Assembly (NCBI RefSeq): GCF_018977255.1
Contig: NW_024704742.1
Span: forward strand, 99,822,001 to 99,886,000
Direction of reading: 5' to 3'
Length of the DNA stretch: 64,000 nt
Source: Callorhinchus milii
Taxonomy: Eukaryota
In this document: positions 12,233-24,538 of the stretch, in pieces
Position numbering within the stretch: the stretch's first letter is position 1
Layout of the letters: each line of letters starts with the position of its first letter
The notes under the pieces: generated by a model
The model's database searches: none
Seen by the model: the letters and a program-made list of their open reading frames with translations, nothing else
What the model was told of the DNA's origin: nothing
Position numbers and translations under genes: made by a program

Positions 12233-13831
12233 TCCTGTGTTTAAATGCAGCAATTTTCAGCACAAGTCCTCCATGTCTGCGGCACTGATTTTTTTTTAAG
12301 TTGCCCCTCTTTATCAATCTCACTTTCCAGCTCTTTTCCCATAGCCCTTTAATATTTTTGCTTTAATTCAGGGAATAATGTCATCCCTTAATGTTTTCTA
12401 CTTCATGGATGAAATACATCTCTCCATCCATTATAAACAGCTATTCACAGTTTTATCTTGGTCACTGAACGAGATTTATTCATTTCCATAATTCAGCCAA
12501 CACCTGTAACTGAACAACTGATGGTGATTTAGACCTTTCCAGGCGCCTCAGAAAGTGGTATATTAATCCAACAAGTACTACTTTTATCAAATGCATTCAG
12601 TAACGTGAGTTGAATTTGAATGCCTTTCATATATTCTGCACATATTATTTGCTGGCCAGTGTAGCAAGAAGCAGCTACTTGTAATTCAGAAGCAATCCAG
12701 CAGGATTGTACTTTAGACCCCATAAATGTGATAAATTAATATTCATTTGATTTCAATAAATAATAATGCAAATGAATTTCTCTGGATTAGCACTGCGTTG
12801 AAAATTTATTCTAAAAAAACCTGCACCTGTAACAGCAGATCAGGCATGGTGATTTAAAATGCAGGAGCTGGGTTTTGTTTGCAAGCCATGGCTAATGCTA
12901 TTATTGTCTGAGGTGTTTAATTACATGTCTCTGCTGGAAACGTAATGCTCACTACACAAAAGCACTCGCCTATTTTATAGTTACAAAACACTGCAGATTT
13001 TTAAACATTTATCTATTTGGGTAGAGCCGAGAATATTATATTAAGGCATTTTAAAACGTGATAATATTCAACAAAATAAAGACAAATCGAAAACCGTGGA
13101 AACTGCAGAGGTGCGGGAAGCCCTGCAGGCTAAATAACAACACTAAATCATGTATACCCTGTGTGACCAAGCCTGTAAAAATCAATGGCAGCTCATGTGG
13201 TAATTCATTCAGCCCTGAATGCTTTTTTTTCCCAAATCTCATCTCACATCACTAAGGCAATATGCATAAATTCCTGATAATATTTTCCAGCATTTTCCTC
13301 ATCATATCCTCCTTTGCATTTGAAAGTGATGTATCCATAAGGTTAATTTTACTGAGAAAACACTTTCAGCACAAGGCTACTTTGGTTCCTTTTTTTAATG
13401 TTTCTTCATCCTGTCTATTCCCATTAAATAAACGCTCACTGCTAATACCATAAAATACCACATTTAATGTTGTATTTGACATGTCATGTGCCCAACAATA
13501 AGCCTCTTTAGTGTTATTAACCCATAATAACAAAGCCTTGAAGCTTGAACTGTTGGTTTCAGAGCTTTGATTCAATGCCTCAACATCTGAGAGTGCTATC
13601 CTCTTTAGGAACATAACCTTGACCCTCACAGATTGATGTTTGGATGCTTTGCCAGTTGCATCAATGGTTAACGTCTAAAAGTTTCACTTTTTATTTATTA
13701 TTCTCGGTATTTATTGTCAAGTGTAGTGTAGTGACTGTATTCAGGAGCAAGCGTGACAGTAATTTACATAAGCGAAGTTCAACAGGCAACCATGAGCCTG
13801 ACCAATGACCAATTCATCTTGAGCAGTACTA

Positions 13832-14210
13832 TAATAATAATAATAATAATTGCATTTGACATAGCGCTTTATCATGTCATTGAGATGTCTCAAAGCACAC
13901 AGAATATATTGTAAAGTGAATTGACTGTATATTTTGTGGGCGAAACATGGCAGCCAATTGTTCACAGCAGTGTCTCACAATCATGGATTGTTATTATTAT
14001 TTTATTATTGTTGGCCAGGGCACTCGGAGAAACTATTTTTGCTTTTCGAATAGTGCCATGGGATCTTTAACCTTTAGCTAAACAAGCAGGTGGGATGTTG
14101 GTTTAACCTAATTTTACCCAGAAGAAGGCATTTCCCGCAATGCTACACTTGTTCAATATTATACTACTGTTGCAGCCTGGATTATGAGAACAATGTGGAA
14201 CTTGAAACAT
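13832..14210 (-). mobile_element. DeuSINE with (TTA)n tail
   Basis: Antisense tail plus TTGTTGGCCAGG..TTCGAATAGTGCCATGGGATCTTTAAC core. Confidence 0.75.
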
Positions 14211-14880
14211 CTAACCCAGGAGATCCTACTCCTGAGAATCTCTATTCAGGAGCACACCATGTGCATATGTGTGAGTTACGGCAAGGATAGGGTCAGGTTT
14301 GGCTGTGGCCAGCTGACTCTGAAGTCAATAGCCTCTGACACTCTCGCTCCAAACATGTAAGGTGTCCACAAAGTCTTGTTATTCCATTCTGTTTTAGAGT
14401 GCAATGACCAACAACTAAAACATGTGGATAACTGATGTTAATTGTATTCAGAAGTACTTCATTGTATTCAGTACAAATGTTAAACTATATTTAGACATCC
14501 AGAGGATAGGTACGAGTGCCATCATTTTCATGGTAGATAATTATCCGTCACCGTGTTCGGTGCAATATCTTCTGTAACATGGATGGAGTGATGAGGCAAA
14601 ATGTATCTCTGAGCTTGTTTCAGCTCCTCCATTGTTTGATATCACTGTTTTGCACTGGGGATAACATGACTGTACAACAAACCCCTAGCTTACTGGACTC
14701 CGGATAAGCATTCGGTCAGTACCATAAAACTCCCAGTACCAAATAAAATGATAAATGCTGCTTTGAGCATTGTGATTATACTCAGCCGGAATTTCGAACT
14801 CACCAGACCTAATCTCCCCCCCAACCCACCACCCATGGTCCAGCCAGTCAAGGTTTTATGGTACTTGAAAATACCAACGT

Positions 14881-15242
14881 AATAATCTTTGCATTTGATA
14901 TAGCACCTTATCACGTCTTCGAGACATCTCAAAGCGCTTCACAGAACATACTGTAAAGTGAATTGACTGCATATTTTGGGGGGCGAAACGCAATAGCCAA
15001 TTGCGCAGAGCAGTGTCCAACAAACAGAGCAGATTGAGTGACCAATTTATTGTTTTTTTAAGGACTTATTACCCCTGGAATAGTGATCCACCAATCAACT
15101 AACAACCGGGTTCCTACTTTCTGTTTGGTAAACAGAGGCGTGTGGAGTAAGGAAACTTGCCCAACATTTCGCCCTGCCGGGAATCGAAACCAGGACTCTC
15201 GCTTGTGAGGCGAGTGCTTTAACCACTGAGCTACAGGACTCC
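14881..15242 (-). mobile_element. tRNA-derived SINE, long subfamily, full length
   Basis: Antisense GGAGTCCTGTAGCTCAGTGG head, extra AACCCGGTTGTTAG segment, L2-type tail. Confidence 0.92.
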
Positions 15243-16571
15243 AAGAGGTGTACCACCTACAGTTCACGCCCATTCACCAACACCGATATCCCCACCAACA
15301 CTCATGTCCTCACCTCCACATTAAAATAATTAGAGAGGTGAGCTACCTTCTTGATGCATTTCTTCTGTTGTAAGAATGTATTCTCGCACTTCCAGATTAA
15401 GCTATTTACAATGTTCAGGAGGAAGCAGGTCAGACAAACTCTGCAATACAATTTTATTTTAAAATTGTCATACAGAATTTTGGAAAATTCTTTAATTTAT
15501 TCTTTATTTGGAAGTTGGTTCGCATACAAAATACAGTCATTATACTTGAGTAAATTCTGTAAAATGCTTTGAGATGTCCTTGTGACCTGAAAGGCGCTAC
15601 ATCAATTGCCAGGATTATTATTATTATGGTTCTTTTAAGAAATGTGGAAAACCTGATTGCAAAGAATTCTCCACAATTCAACGTGATCTTACATTTTAAG
15701 ACAAAATGGCCTTTAAAACTAGATTCTGGTCCTAATAGCTTTCCCCCAAAAAGCAGGATTTCCAGTTCCTCGGGTAGTTTTAACTGGTACAATAACATCT
15801 TTGTTGAATCATCTCAACAAAATCCATAGTGTCTGAGTGGCTGGTGTGAAGCCTGGCCATTTGTCATTGCTGGAGGAAGCATCAGAGGACCGACACTCAG
15901 AGAGGCCACAGCCTGTCATTAAGTCTTCATTCATACCGACTTTGTTCAAATCAGGTGGCCAAAAAAAATAGTCGGGTTGAAGCCAGACTAAGCCCTTTGG
16001 CTCCACTGCCTAAGCTGTCTATGTACTGTGCCATTTGAGTGTTTACGCTGTAAACACAGTACAGTTGCATCACTGTGAACTGTAATCACAGCTGTGACTT
16101 TAGATGAGCAAACCCTGTGCTAAATTATTAAAAACAGTTCTTTTCTGATTCAGTGCTTGAGTGCCATGTCCTTTCAGGGGTGGAATGGTTCCTAAGATTT
16201 TTATGACTCCCTATTTTTGAGAAAGGTAACAAAAGTGACCCAGGAAACCACAGACCAGTAAGTTTGCTGTCCACTGTAGGTAAAATTATGGAGACTCTTA
16301 ATAAGGATAAAATCATGGAGCATCTGGACAGAAATAAAATCATAAATGATAGCCAATATGGGTTCATGAAGGGAAGGTCTTGCCAATATAATTTACTGAT
16401 TTTCTTTGATGGTATGACAAGGGAACTTAATAAGGATAAGGCTGTGGATGTTGTATATCTGGATTCCAGTAAAGCCTTTGAGACAGTTCCTCTTGGGAGG
16501 CTGGTACTGAAAGTAAGAAAGTGGGAATCAGGTATAGGTATATTACATTGAATACACAATTGGCTGACAGG

Positions 16572-16888
16572 AATAATAATAATAATAATCCTTGCATTTG
16601 ATATAGCTCTTTTCACGTCTTCTCGATGTCTCAAAGCGCTTCACAGAATATGCTGTAAAGTGAATTGACTGTATATTTGTGGGCGAAACGCGGCAGCCAA
16701 TTGTGCACAGCCATGTCTCACAAAGAGTTGTGGATTGAAATGACCAATTTATTATTGTTTTGTTTTGGAGGGATTATTATTAGGGATGTGGAGTAAGAAA
16801 ACTTGCCCAAGGTTTCGCCCTGCCTGGAATTGAATCCAGGTGTCTCACTTGCAAGGCGAGTGCTCTAACCACTGAGCTACAGGACTCC
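16572..16888 (-). mobile_element. tRNA-derived SINE, full length, nested in CR1
   Basis: Complete antisense copy splitting the CR1 NWLTG/RVVV motif. Confidence 0.93.
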
Positions 16889-17403
16889 ACCTAGAGAGTG
16901 GTGGTCCAGGGAATGTCATCAGACTGGGAAAATGGTACCAGTGGAGTTCCACAAGGGTCTGTTTTGTGACCTCTTTTGTTTAATATTATTATAAATGATC
17001 TGGAACTAGGAGTCGCAAGCACAGTGGCTAAATTTGCACATGACACCAAGTTAATGAAGGTGTTAGATTGCGAAGCTGAACAAGATAGGATACAGGAGGA
17101 TTTGAACATACTTGAGAATTGGGCAGATTGGTGGCAGATGAAATTCAATGTGGAGAAATGTAAAGTACTTCACATGGGGACAAAAAATCCTGGAAGGGAC
17201 TATTATTTGAACGGAAGGAAAATAATATGAATGGAAAATGAAATAGACCTGGGAGTCCTGATTGACAATAAATTAAAGCTCTCCCAACAATGCTCTGTGG
17301 CAGTGTGTAAAACAAACCAAATGTTGGGATGTATCAAACGATCAATAGCAAGCTGAAATAGTGGGTTAATTCTGCCACTGTATAAACATTGATGAGACCA
17401 TAC

Positions 17404-17594
17404 TTAATAATGATACTGATCCTTGCATTTGCATCTTCTAGATGTCTCAAAGTGCTTCACAGAATATACTGTAAAGTGAAAACACAGCAGCCAATTTCGC
17501 CCAGCAGTGTCCCATAAACTGTCATGGATTGAGTGACCAAATTTTTATTTTATTTTTTTCTTGAGACATGTGGAGTAAGGAAACTTGCCCAAAG
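17404..17594 (-). mobile_element. Degenerate SINE nested in CR1
   Basis: Antisense tail and GTGGAGTAAGGAAACTTGCCCAA; head missing. Confidence 0.8.
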
Positions 17595-18050
17595 TTTTTA
17601 TTTAAATATTTTATTTTATTTAAATAGTTAAGAGTATTGTGTACACTTCTGTCACCGAGGTAAAAAAGGATATTGCAGAAATTGAGAAGACATATGATTG
17701 AGGGAATGGAAGGATTGGACTGTGAGGAGCGACTAAGTAAATTGGGCATGTGCACACTGGAAAAGAGAAGATTGAGAGGTAACATGATTGCTGTCTTTAA
17801 GATTCTAAAGAGGCTAGACAACATAAATCATGACAGGTTGTTTCAACTTGTCCAGAATAGTAGAACCAGAGGACATGACCTCCGATCAAAAGGGGTAAGT
17901 TTAGAATGAATCTACGCAAACGCTATTTCAGTAAGCGAATAGTGAACCTGTGGAACAGTCTCGCTAGGGAGACGGTTGAAGCAGGAAGTGTTGATTCTTT
18001 CAAACACAGAGTAGATAGTTTTCTTTTAGGGAATAACATTATAGTACATA

Positions 18051-18366
18051 ATAATAATAATAATAATCCTTGCATTTGATATAGCGCTTTTCACGTCGGG
18101 AGGACGTCCCAAAGCGCTTCACAGAACACACTGTAAAGTGAATTGACTGTATATATTTGTGGGCGAACGCGGCAGCCAATTGCGCACAGCAATGTCCCAC
18201 AAACAGTCGTAGATTGAAAATGACCAATTTATTATTGTTTTTGGTTTTGGAGGGATTATTATTAGGTGTGTGGAGTAAGGAAACTTGCCCAAGGTTTCGC
18301 CCTGGAATTGAACTCAGGTCTCTCGCTTGCAAAGCGAGTGCTCTAACCACTGAGCTACAGGACTCC
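18051..18366 (-). mobile_element. tRNA-derived SINE, young short subfamily, full length, nested in CR1
   Basis: Near-identical to 25262, 45503 and 55291 copies; ACATA flanks both sides (18046-18050, 18367-18371). Confidence 0.95.
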
Positions 18367-19056
18367 ACATAGGTAGTTTAGGACATATGTACACGTGTTT
18401 GTCAGGAAGATGACTAATTAGATGGACCTTGGTCTTTTTTTGTCTAGCATTTCTTATGTTCTTATCCTCCACTCACTTTCTTGGCTCTCTGCATTCATTT
18501 TGCTCACACCTGAAGGCCTAGATAAAACTCTTTAAGGAGATTGTGACCTACATGATTAATTGTTAATGAAATCTCTGCAGATGATATTAACAGCACAGTT
18601 ATAGAGCATCTGAAATAAATGAAATGAATCACTGAAAGCAGCACATTCTAGATTGTTTCCCAACAGTTCAGCTGCTGGACAATCTATCAATATTAAGGTT
18701 GCAGAATTGTTTTGTGAGGATTTTGCAAGTCTATATTACAATCTACATACATTGCCTACTGTTTGAACTTCTCTATTGTAAACATAGGAAGATAACAGCA
18801 GGAGGCCATTCTGCATGCTGAGACTGTTCTGCTAGATTAATAATAATATTAAATAATAATCCTCACATTTTATATAATTCTTTTTATGTCACAAAGATGT
18901 CTCACAGGATATACTATGAAGTGTAGTGACTGTATATTTGCAGGCAATCATTACAGCAGATTGTTTAATCCTATTTCCCCACCTTCTCCCCATGCCCCTT
19001 CATACCCTTAATTCTCAAGTATCTATCAACTTCCTTTTTAAACATCCTGATTGTCA

Positions 19057-19575
19057 GTCCAGTTTATTCAATTCACTGGTGATTTCACGCCAATCATCAT
19101 TCTTACTCTTATAACAGTAATCTATTTACTAACAGTCCAGAAATCAAGAGTTATTTTAACACAGATGCTAGCGGTGGATGAGAGATTCTAGAGCTTTAAA
19201 GAAGCGTTCTTTCATGAATTTAATTCATGTGATTGCGAAAGTACAATATCTGGTTAGAACAAACATTGGGGGATGATGGTAAATCCTCTGTGATACAAAC
19301 AGAGCACTATGAGCATAGAAACAGAATAACATGCTTATAGGTGTGGGAGTTAATTCAATATGTGATCATTATAAACAAAGACAATCATCACACCATATTT
19401 GAATGCCACCGCCTTCCCCCATAATATGCCTGACAATTATACATATCCAACTTATGGGGCTATGACGTATGGGTCAGTGTGGTCCAGTTTATTCAATTCA
19501 CTTTGTTGATTTCATGCAAATCGACATTCTTACTCTTGTAGCAGTAATCTATTTACTGACAGTCCAGAAATCAAG
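19057..19575 (+). repeat. Local direct duplication of about 92 bp (19057-19148 / 19482-19575)
   Basis: GTCCAGTTTATTCAATTCACT..CAGTCCAGAAATCAAG occurs twice with a few substitutions. Confidence 0.9.
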
Positions 19576-19869
19576 GTAATACAGAAGTCCAAACAGTAAC
19601 AATGTATGTAGGTTGAATGTGAGGCAAAGTGACAGGGAAACTTTTAAAGTTGAGTTAAACTCGTATCCTGTGAAGTGACATTCGAATGCTGTGCTCCATG
19701 GGTTGCAACAGCAATCCACTAACCCAGCAGAACAGGCTCAGCATGCTGAATGCCTCCTCCTGTGCTTATGTTCCTATGTTTGTAATACAGAAGTTCAAAC
19801 AGTGGGTAATGTATGTAGGTTGTAATATAGGCTTGTGAAAACTTATATCCCCCAGCAGATTGAACTCAT

Positions 19870-20230
19870 GATCCACATCCACACATTCAAAATTCTACAA
19901 GGTCTCATCCCAACCAAAATCTTCAGCCTCCTGTAACCCTATCAACCCTGCCGCCACCTTTACTCAGTGAACAGTGACCTGCTTCATTCCCCCACCCTCT
20001 CCGCTCCACCATCATTGTCTGAGCTTTCAGTAATTCCGTCCCTGCTCTCTGGAGCTCCACCCAGGAATCCCTCCACCTTGCCCACTCCCTCCCTACTTTT
20101 AAAGCCTTTCTTTCAGTCTTCCCCCCACCATCATACCACCACACCCCAACTCAGGTGCCCAGTCAGCTGTGTAAAATGCTTTGAGCCGTCCTCCCTGTGT
20201 GGAAGGCGCGATATGAACGTAAATTGTATT
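19870..20230 (+). mobile_element. L2 3' fragment
   Basis: C-rich L2 ORF end and GCTTTGAGCCGTCC..GGAAGGCGCGATATGAACGTAAATTGTATT tail. Confidence 0.65.
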
Positions 20231-20665
20231 ACTTTGAATGAAGGCTCATAAAAAGAGGGGAAACATAACAGCTGCTGAAGAAAGCCATCCAGGTTGCACT
20301 GGTCCTGCTGTTATTCATCACCATAAATACTCGAGTATCCTCTTAGAGCCCCTGGTGACCAGTGCAGGTTTTGAATAGTGCACGGAAAAGTCACACGCTT
20401 TGTTGACTTCAAAATCTAATGCTCTGTTACACAGAATCAAGCTCAGATCAAACTATGTTGATTGAAACTGAATTTCAACAGTTCAGCCGCCAACACACTC
20501 CTCCTCCTAAGAGGTGCTCTTTCTACATTTCTGGACTGTTCTGGAGAAATTATTATTGGAATGTGCTTTTATTCCAGGGTGCTATTTAAACATTACATCT
20601 TCCTCCCAAAGTGCGGACTAAACAGCTTTTCCTGCCGTAAAAGGTCTGTAATTCGAGCAAACACG

Positions 20666-21670
20666 AATGCAAGCCAATTATTTTTACAACCGTGGTTGTG
20701 TGAGAGCTGGAGAATCACGATCCAGATGGTCAACCCATAATTTCTAGTGATTTTAGGTTGTGATGTAGTCCTGGTACCAATCGGTTTGCCAAAATGTGAA
20801 CATCTGCTGTTCCATGGCCGCTTTCCTTCACTCAAAAGCTCAAAGGCAACATCTTTCTGAGTGCTTGGTTCTGCCAGCATATGATGTGCGAGCTGCAGAA
20901 ATATTCTCCAAATTGGCATTTTATCTTTTCTGGGACATTGCTTCCACTTTAGCAGGCTCCATAAGAATACTTTAAAATGTTTCTGATCATCTAATGTTAT
21001 GAATACCAAAGGAAGCAAAATGTGATGACAGTATCCTGGCAGGCAATTTTACCAGGGAATAAATATTAAAATTGGCTAGTTTTAAGCGTGCAGTACAGTG
21101 CAATTATATTTTATATTTTCCAACCTGTCTGCTTGTTTTTTTTTAGCAGAGGATTAGATTTTGAGATTTGAGCTTATGATTGTTCCTGGCCACAGCTCCC
21201 TATCCCCAGTTCTTGGCCCCACGAGTAGTTGGAACAAGCAGTGAAAGCCAGAGGTCATCCAGCATCAGCAGTAAACAAAGTGCACAGTTACCGAGTCTAA
21301 ATCTCCACTCCAACAAAGGGGGTGAGGGGGGAATACCATCTGGTAAAAGGATTGAACTTGAAATGCAAAACCAACATTAGAAAAATTGTTCAGCATGTGT
21401 TAAAAATATAAAACATAATTGCATGTATTTCAGTTTTAAATAGAGTTGAATTCTATGTTTGCAACAACTGCTGATGTAAAACAATTACTTTACAAGTGTG
21501 GTTGTGTAAGGTTGGATGCAAGTGCTGGAGAATTAAACCCCAGATGGTCAATCCATAAATTCTGGTAATTTTAGGATGCATTTCACTCTTGGTGCCTATT
21601 AGTTTACCAGAATGTGAACATCTGCAGCTTCACAAATCAGACTGAAAGCCAGTTTCTTTCCCTCAAAGTG
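20666..21670. repeat. Old diverged direct duplication (about 20666-20840 / 21473-21670)
   Basis: Shared GTGGTTGTG, GCTGGAGAAT, CCAGATGGTCAA, ATTTTAGG and AATGTGAACATCTGC blocks in the same order. Confidence 0.85.
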
Positions 21671-22152
21671 TGATTACGTAAACCACCGTCACGTGGAATT
21701 GATAATGGCTTATTGCAAAATATGAAGGCCAATATTATATAATGTTCAAAATATGAAAATGTTAAAAGCCTCTTTTACAGTATATCTTTAAATATATCCT
21801 TTCACTTTTTATTTTCTTTGACCTTTCTGTTTGCTTTGCATACTTTCTGTTTGGCTATGCAGTGCCTCTAATGGGTATTTTGAGATGTGATCTTTTCAAA
21901 TGAGCTCCAATGGAAAACGGTGGAAAGACTTTTTCAAACAAAGCCTATTGCTTAGAATTTACACAGAGGTTGTATGTTACTGTAAAAAAGAGTTTAAGCA
22001 AAATAAAAGCAAAATTCTTGAATGAATTAATTTGCTTTTTTTTGCTGTTTACAGACATTGGGTCTGATTGCTAAAATAGTTTTTTTTCTCTATGTACACA
22101 TAATTTTCCATTATAACATGTCAGCAAAAAATTTTTTTTTGCTGAAGTGCTA

Positions 22153-22480
22153 CTGGCAGTAGACACCCTCCAGTAACTCATCTAAGGGACGTTTGTTCGA
22201 GTGTGCGCCTTTACAGTGGCTATTGACAGGCTATTTGACTATGAGGAGCATCATTGCAGAACACAAACATGTTCACAGCCAGAATCCATATACAAGCACC
22301 TTCCAGTGGAAGGAGTGGAAACATTAGCTGAGTTTCCCTTCTCTACGCCAAAGACATTGAGACCACAATTTTAATGCCCTATCGATGGCCCTGGCTGAGA
22401 CCAGCTAACTCAACATAAAACAAGATTCAAACCTATGCCTGTGTGACTAAGTACTGCATTAGGTGGTGTTTTTAGCCTTG
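22153..22480 (-). mobile_element. AmnSINE2-like ancient SINE
   Basis: Antisense CCCTCCAGTA, GACAGGCTATTTGAC and GGCTGAGACCAGCTAACTCA blocks; homologous to 3770-4370. Confidence 0.6.
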
Positions 22481-23007
22481 AGGAGTATGGATGGTTGTTT
22501 TTAACTTTCAGCATTAAATAACCTCAATTGATCCCAGAGATAATTAATGCTGCACCACCTATCTTTATGAGCTACTGAAATGATTTGACATGCTTTAAAA
22601 CATTGTGGTATCAGTTCCAATGCTACAAATCTAATGCATGAATCCTTTCAGGCTAGTGATGGGGTTCGATTTGTGAAATCATTTAAGGAAATTTCTGCTT
22701 AGGTGCGTTTGAATAATAAAATCACGCAAGAAACAAGAAAAGTTCATATGGCTCACTGAGTCCTTTCGGTTTAACAGACCAGGTAAAACTTGCAGTGTTA
22801 TATCACCAAAGGAAGGTAAATTATTATAGGCAGATCACTGATTGTTGCACTCCACAAATAACATTCGTACAATTTCAGCAAGTCTGAAGCTGCAGTGCAG
22901 TACGTAAAATGGATTCTTCTGTTTCTTTTACTAAAACCTCAACCAGCTTCTTTTTAATTGCATGGAATTGAGACAACATTAGCTGTTTTCTGATGTGAGT
23001 AATATTA

Positions 23008-23510
23008 ATAATAATAATAATCCTTGCATTTGATGTAGCGCCTTATTACGTCTTCAAGATGTCTCAAAGCTCTTCACTGAATATACTGTAAAGTGAATTG
23101 ACTGTATATTTTGTGGGTGAAACAGACCTCCGCTTCACAGATCATGACTTTTGACTGCTGCGATATTTAGTATTCTTTTGTTTAGTATAAAATGCAGCAT
23201 TCCTCAAACTGGAAACCAGAATCAATTGCCATGGGTCGGGCTTCACAGATGTTCTTACTGAGAACTGTGCAGCAGGGATCTATCTCCAGCACACTCAGAT
23301 ATACTCAACATGGTGAAACGTGGCAGCCAATTGCGCACAGCAGTGTCCTACAAACAGTCATGGATTGAGTACACAGATTATTTTATTATATTTATTTTGA
23401 GGGATTATTACCCCCGGAAAAGCGATCCGCCAATCGACTAACAACCGGGTTCCTATTTACTGCTAGGTGAACAGAGGCATGTGGAGTAAGGAAACTTGTA
23501 CAGCATTTTG
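23008..23510 (-). mobile_element. Long-subfamily SINE carrying a 188-bp foreign insert (23124-23311)
   Basis: SINE is colinear once the insert is removed; GGTGAAAC at 23116-23123 and 23312-23319. Confidence 0.9.
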
Positions 23511-23977
23511 CTATGCGTACCATAGGACCATAGGTTCTTTAACACCCACCTGATCATGCACACTTGACCTCAGTTTAATGTCTCATCCAAAGGAAGGCAC
23601 CTCCAACAATGCATTGAATAAACAATTTTATCTGAGCGGGGGGGATTGTTGGCAAGGACAAAATAAATATAATATATATGAAAATGCCATGATTCCTAAT
23701 GAGAAGAAAGTCCCCTGTTTTGTAAAGAGGACTGGGGAGTGGGATGGGAGAAATGCGACATGTCATAATTAAATGTGAGCGGATAACATCACCGGTGACA
23801 ATTATCACATCATATTCCCTCCAAACCCTCACAACGATATTATGATGCAACAAAGAAAACAACAAATAGAAAGCAACATGTAGGCTCGGAGTTCTCCTCT
23901 AAATATACCTCGCTATTTGTTTCCATGCAAACTGAATTGGTATACTTAAAGTGATCTGAACTGTAATAATATTAATA

Positions 23978-24157
23978 ATGATTATCACCTCTGGAAAAGC
24001 AATCTGCCGATCAACTAACAACCGGGTTCCTACTTACTGCTAGGTAAACAGAAGTGAGTAGAGTAAGGAAACTTGCTCCACATTTCATCCTGCCGGGAAT
24101 GGAACCCAGGCCTCTTGCTTGTGAGGCGATGCTCTAACCACTGAGCTACAGGACTCC
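23978..24157 (-). mobile_element. Long-subfamily SINE, 5' half
   Basis: Antisense tRNA head and AACCCGGTTG segment; no 3' domain. Confidence 0.85.
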
Positions 24158-24399
24158 ACAACTTTAGAACTTTACAATTAAAAAGTGTATATAAAGGGCC
24201 AAGGCAAGGCCTACAGTATAATGCATCACCAATTTTGAAAGGAGGAGGGGAAAATCTAATTACAAAAGTGGAGAAATGGTTGCGTGAGACCAAGGCTTCA
24301 TATTCTGTTAAACGTCTATAGAGGACATAAGCTGGTGTTGGTGATGATCTAGTTTGGGCAGCTTTGGATGAGGAATTTATGTTACTTTCTTATCTTTCA

Positions 24400-24538
24400 G
24401 TTGCTGTGCGTAGTTGGCTGCCATGTTTCGTCCACAAAATATACAGTCAATTCACTTTACTATATATTCTGTGAAGTGCTTTGAGACGTCTCGAAGATGT
24501 GATAAGGCACTATATAAATTGCAAAGCTTATTATTATT
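24400..24538 (+). mobile_element. SINE 3' half
   Basis: TTGCTGTGCGTAGTTGGCTGCC..GAGACGTCTCGAAGATGTGATAAGG..TTATTATTA. Confidence 0.85.

Larger units (their letters stand above)
16201..18465 (+). mobile_element. Decayed 5'-truncated CR1 LINE (RT domain to 3' end), interrupted by three SINEs
   Basis: ORFs SQYGFMKGRSC..VDVVYLDSSKAFETVP; INDLE..KFAHDTKL..WQMKFNVEKCKVLH; LEKRRLRGNMIAVFKI..RTRGH; TTCTTATGTTCTTAT tail; stops and frameshifts. Confidence 0.95.

Noticed and set aside
16201..18465. Reverse-transcriptase ORFs as a possible functional or domesticated gene
   Set aside because: Stops, frameshifts, catalytic ADD mutated to AHD, and three SINE insertions: dead CR1
23774..23788. 15-bp exact match to the lac operator core TGTGAGCGGATAACA
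   Set aside because: No vector or lac promoter flanks; lies in a MITE-like relic; chance match
24330..24346. AGCTGGTGTTG resembling the miR-138 5' end
   Set aside because: Match stops after 11 nt and there is no hairpin partner
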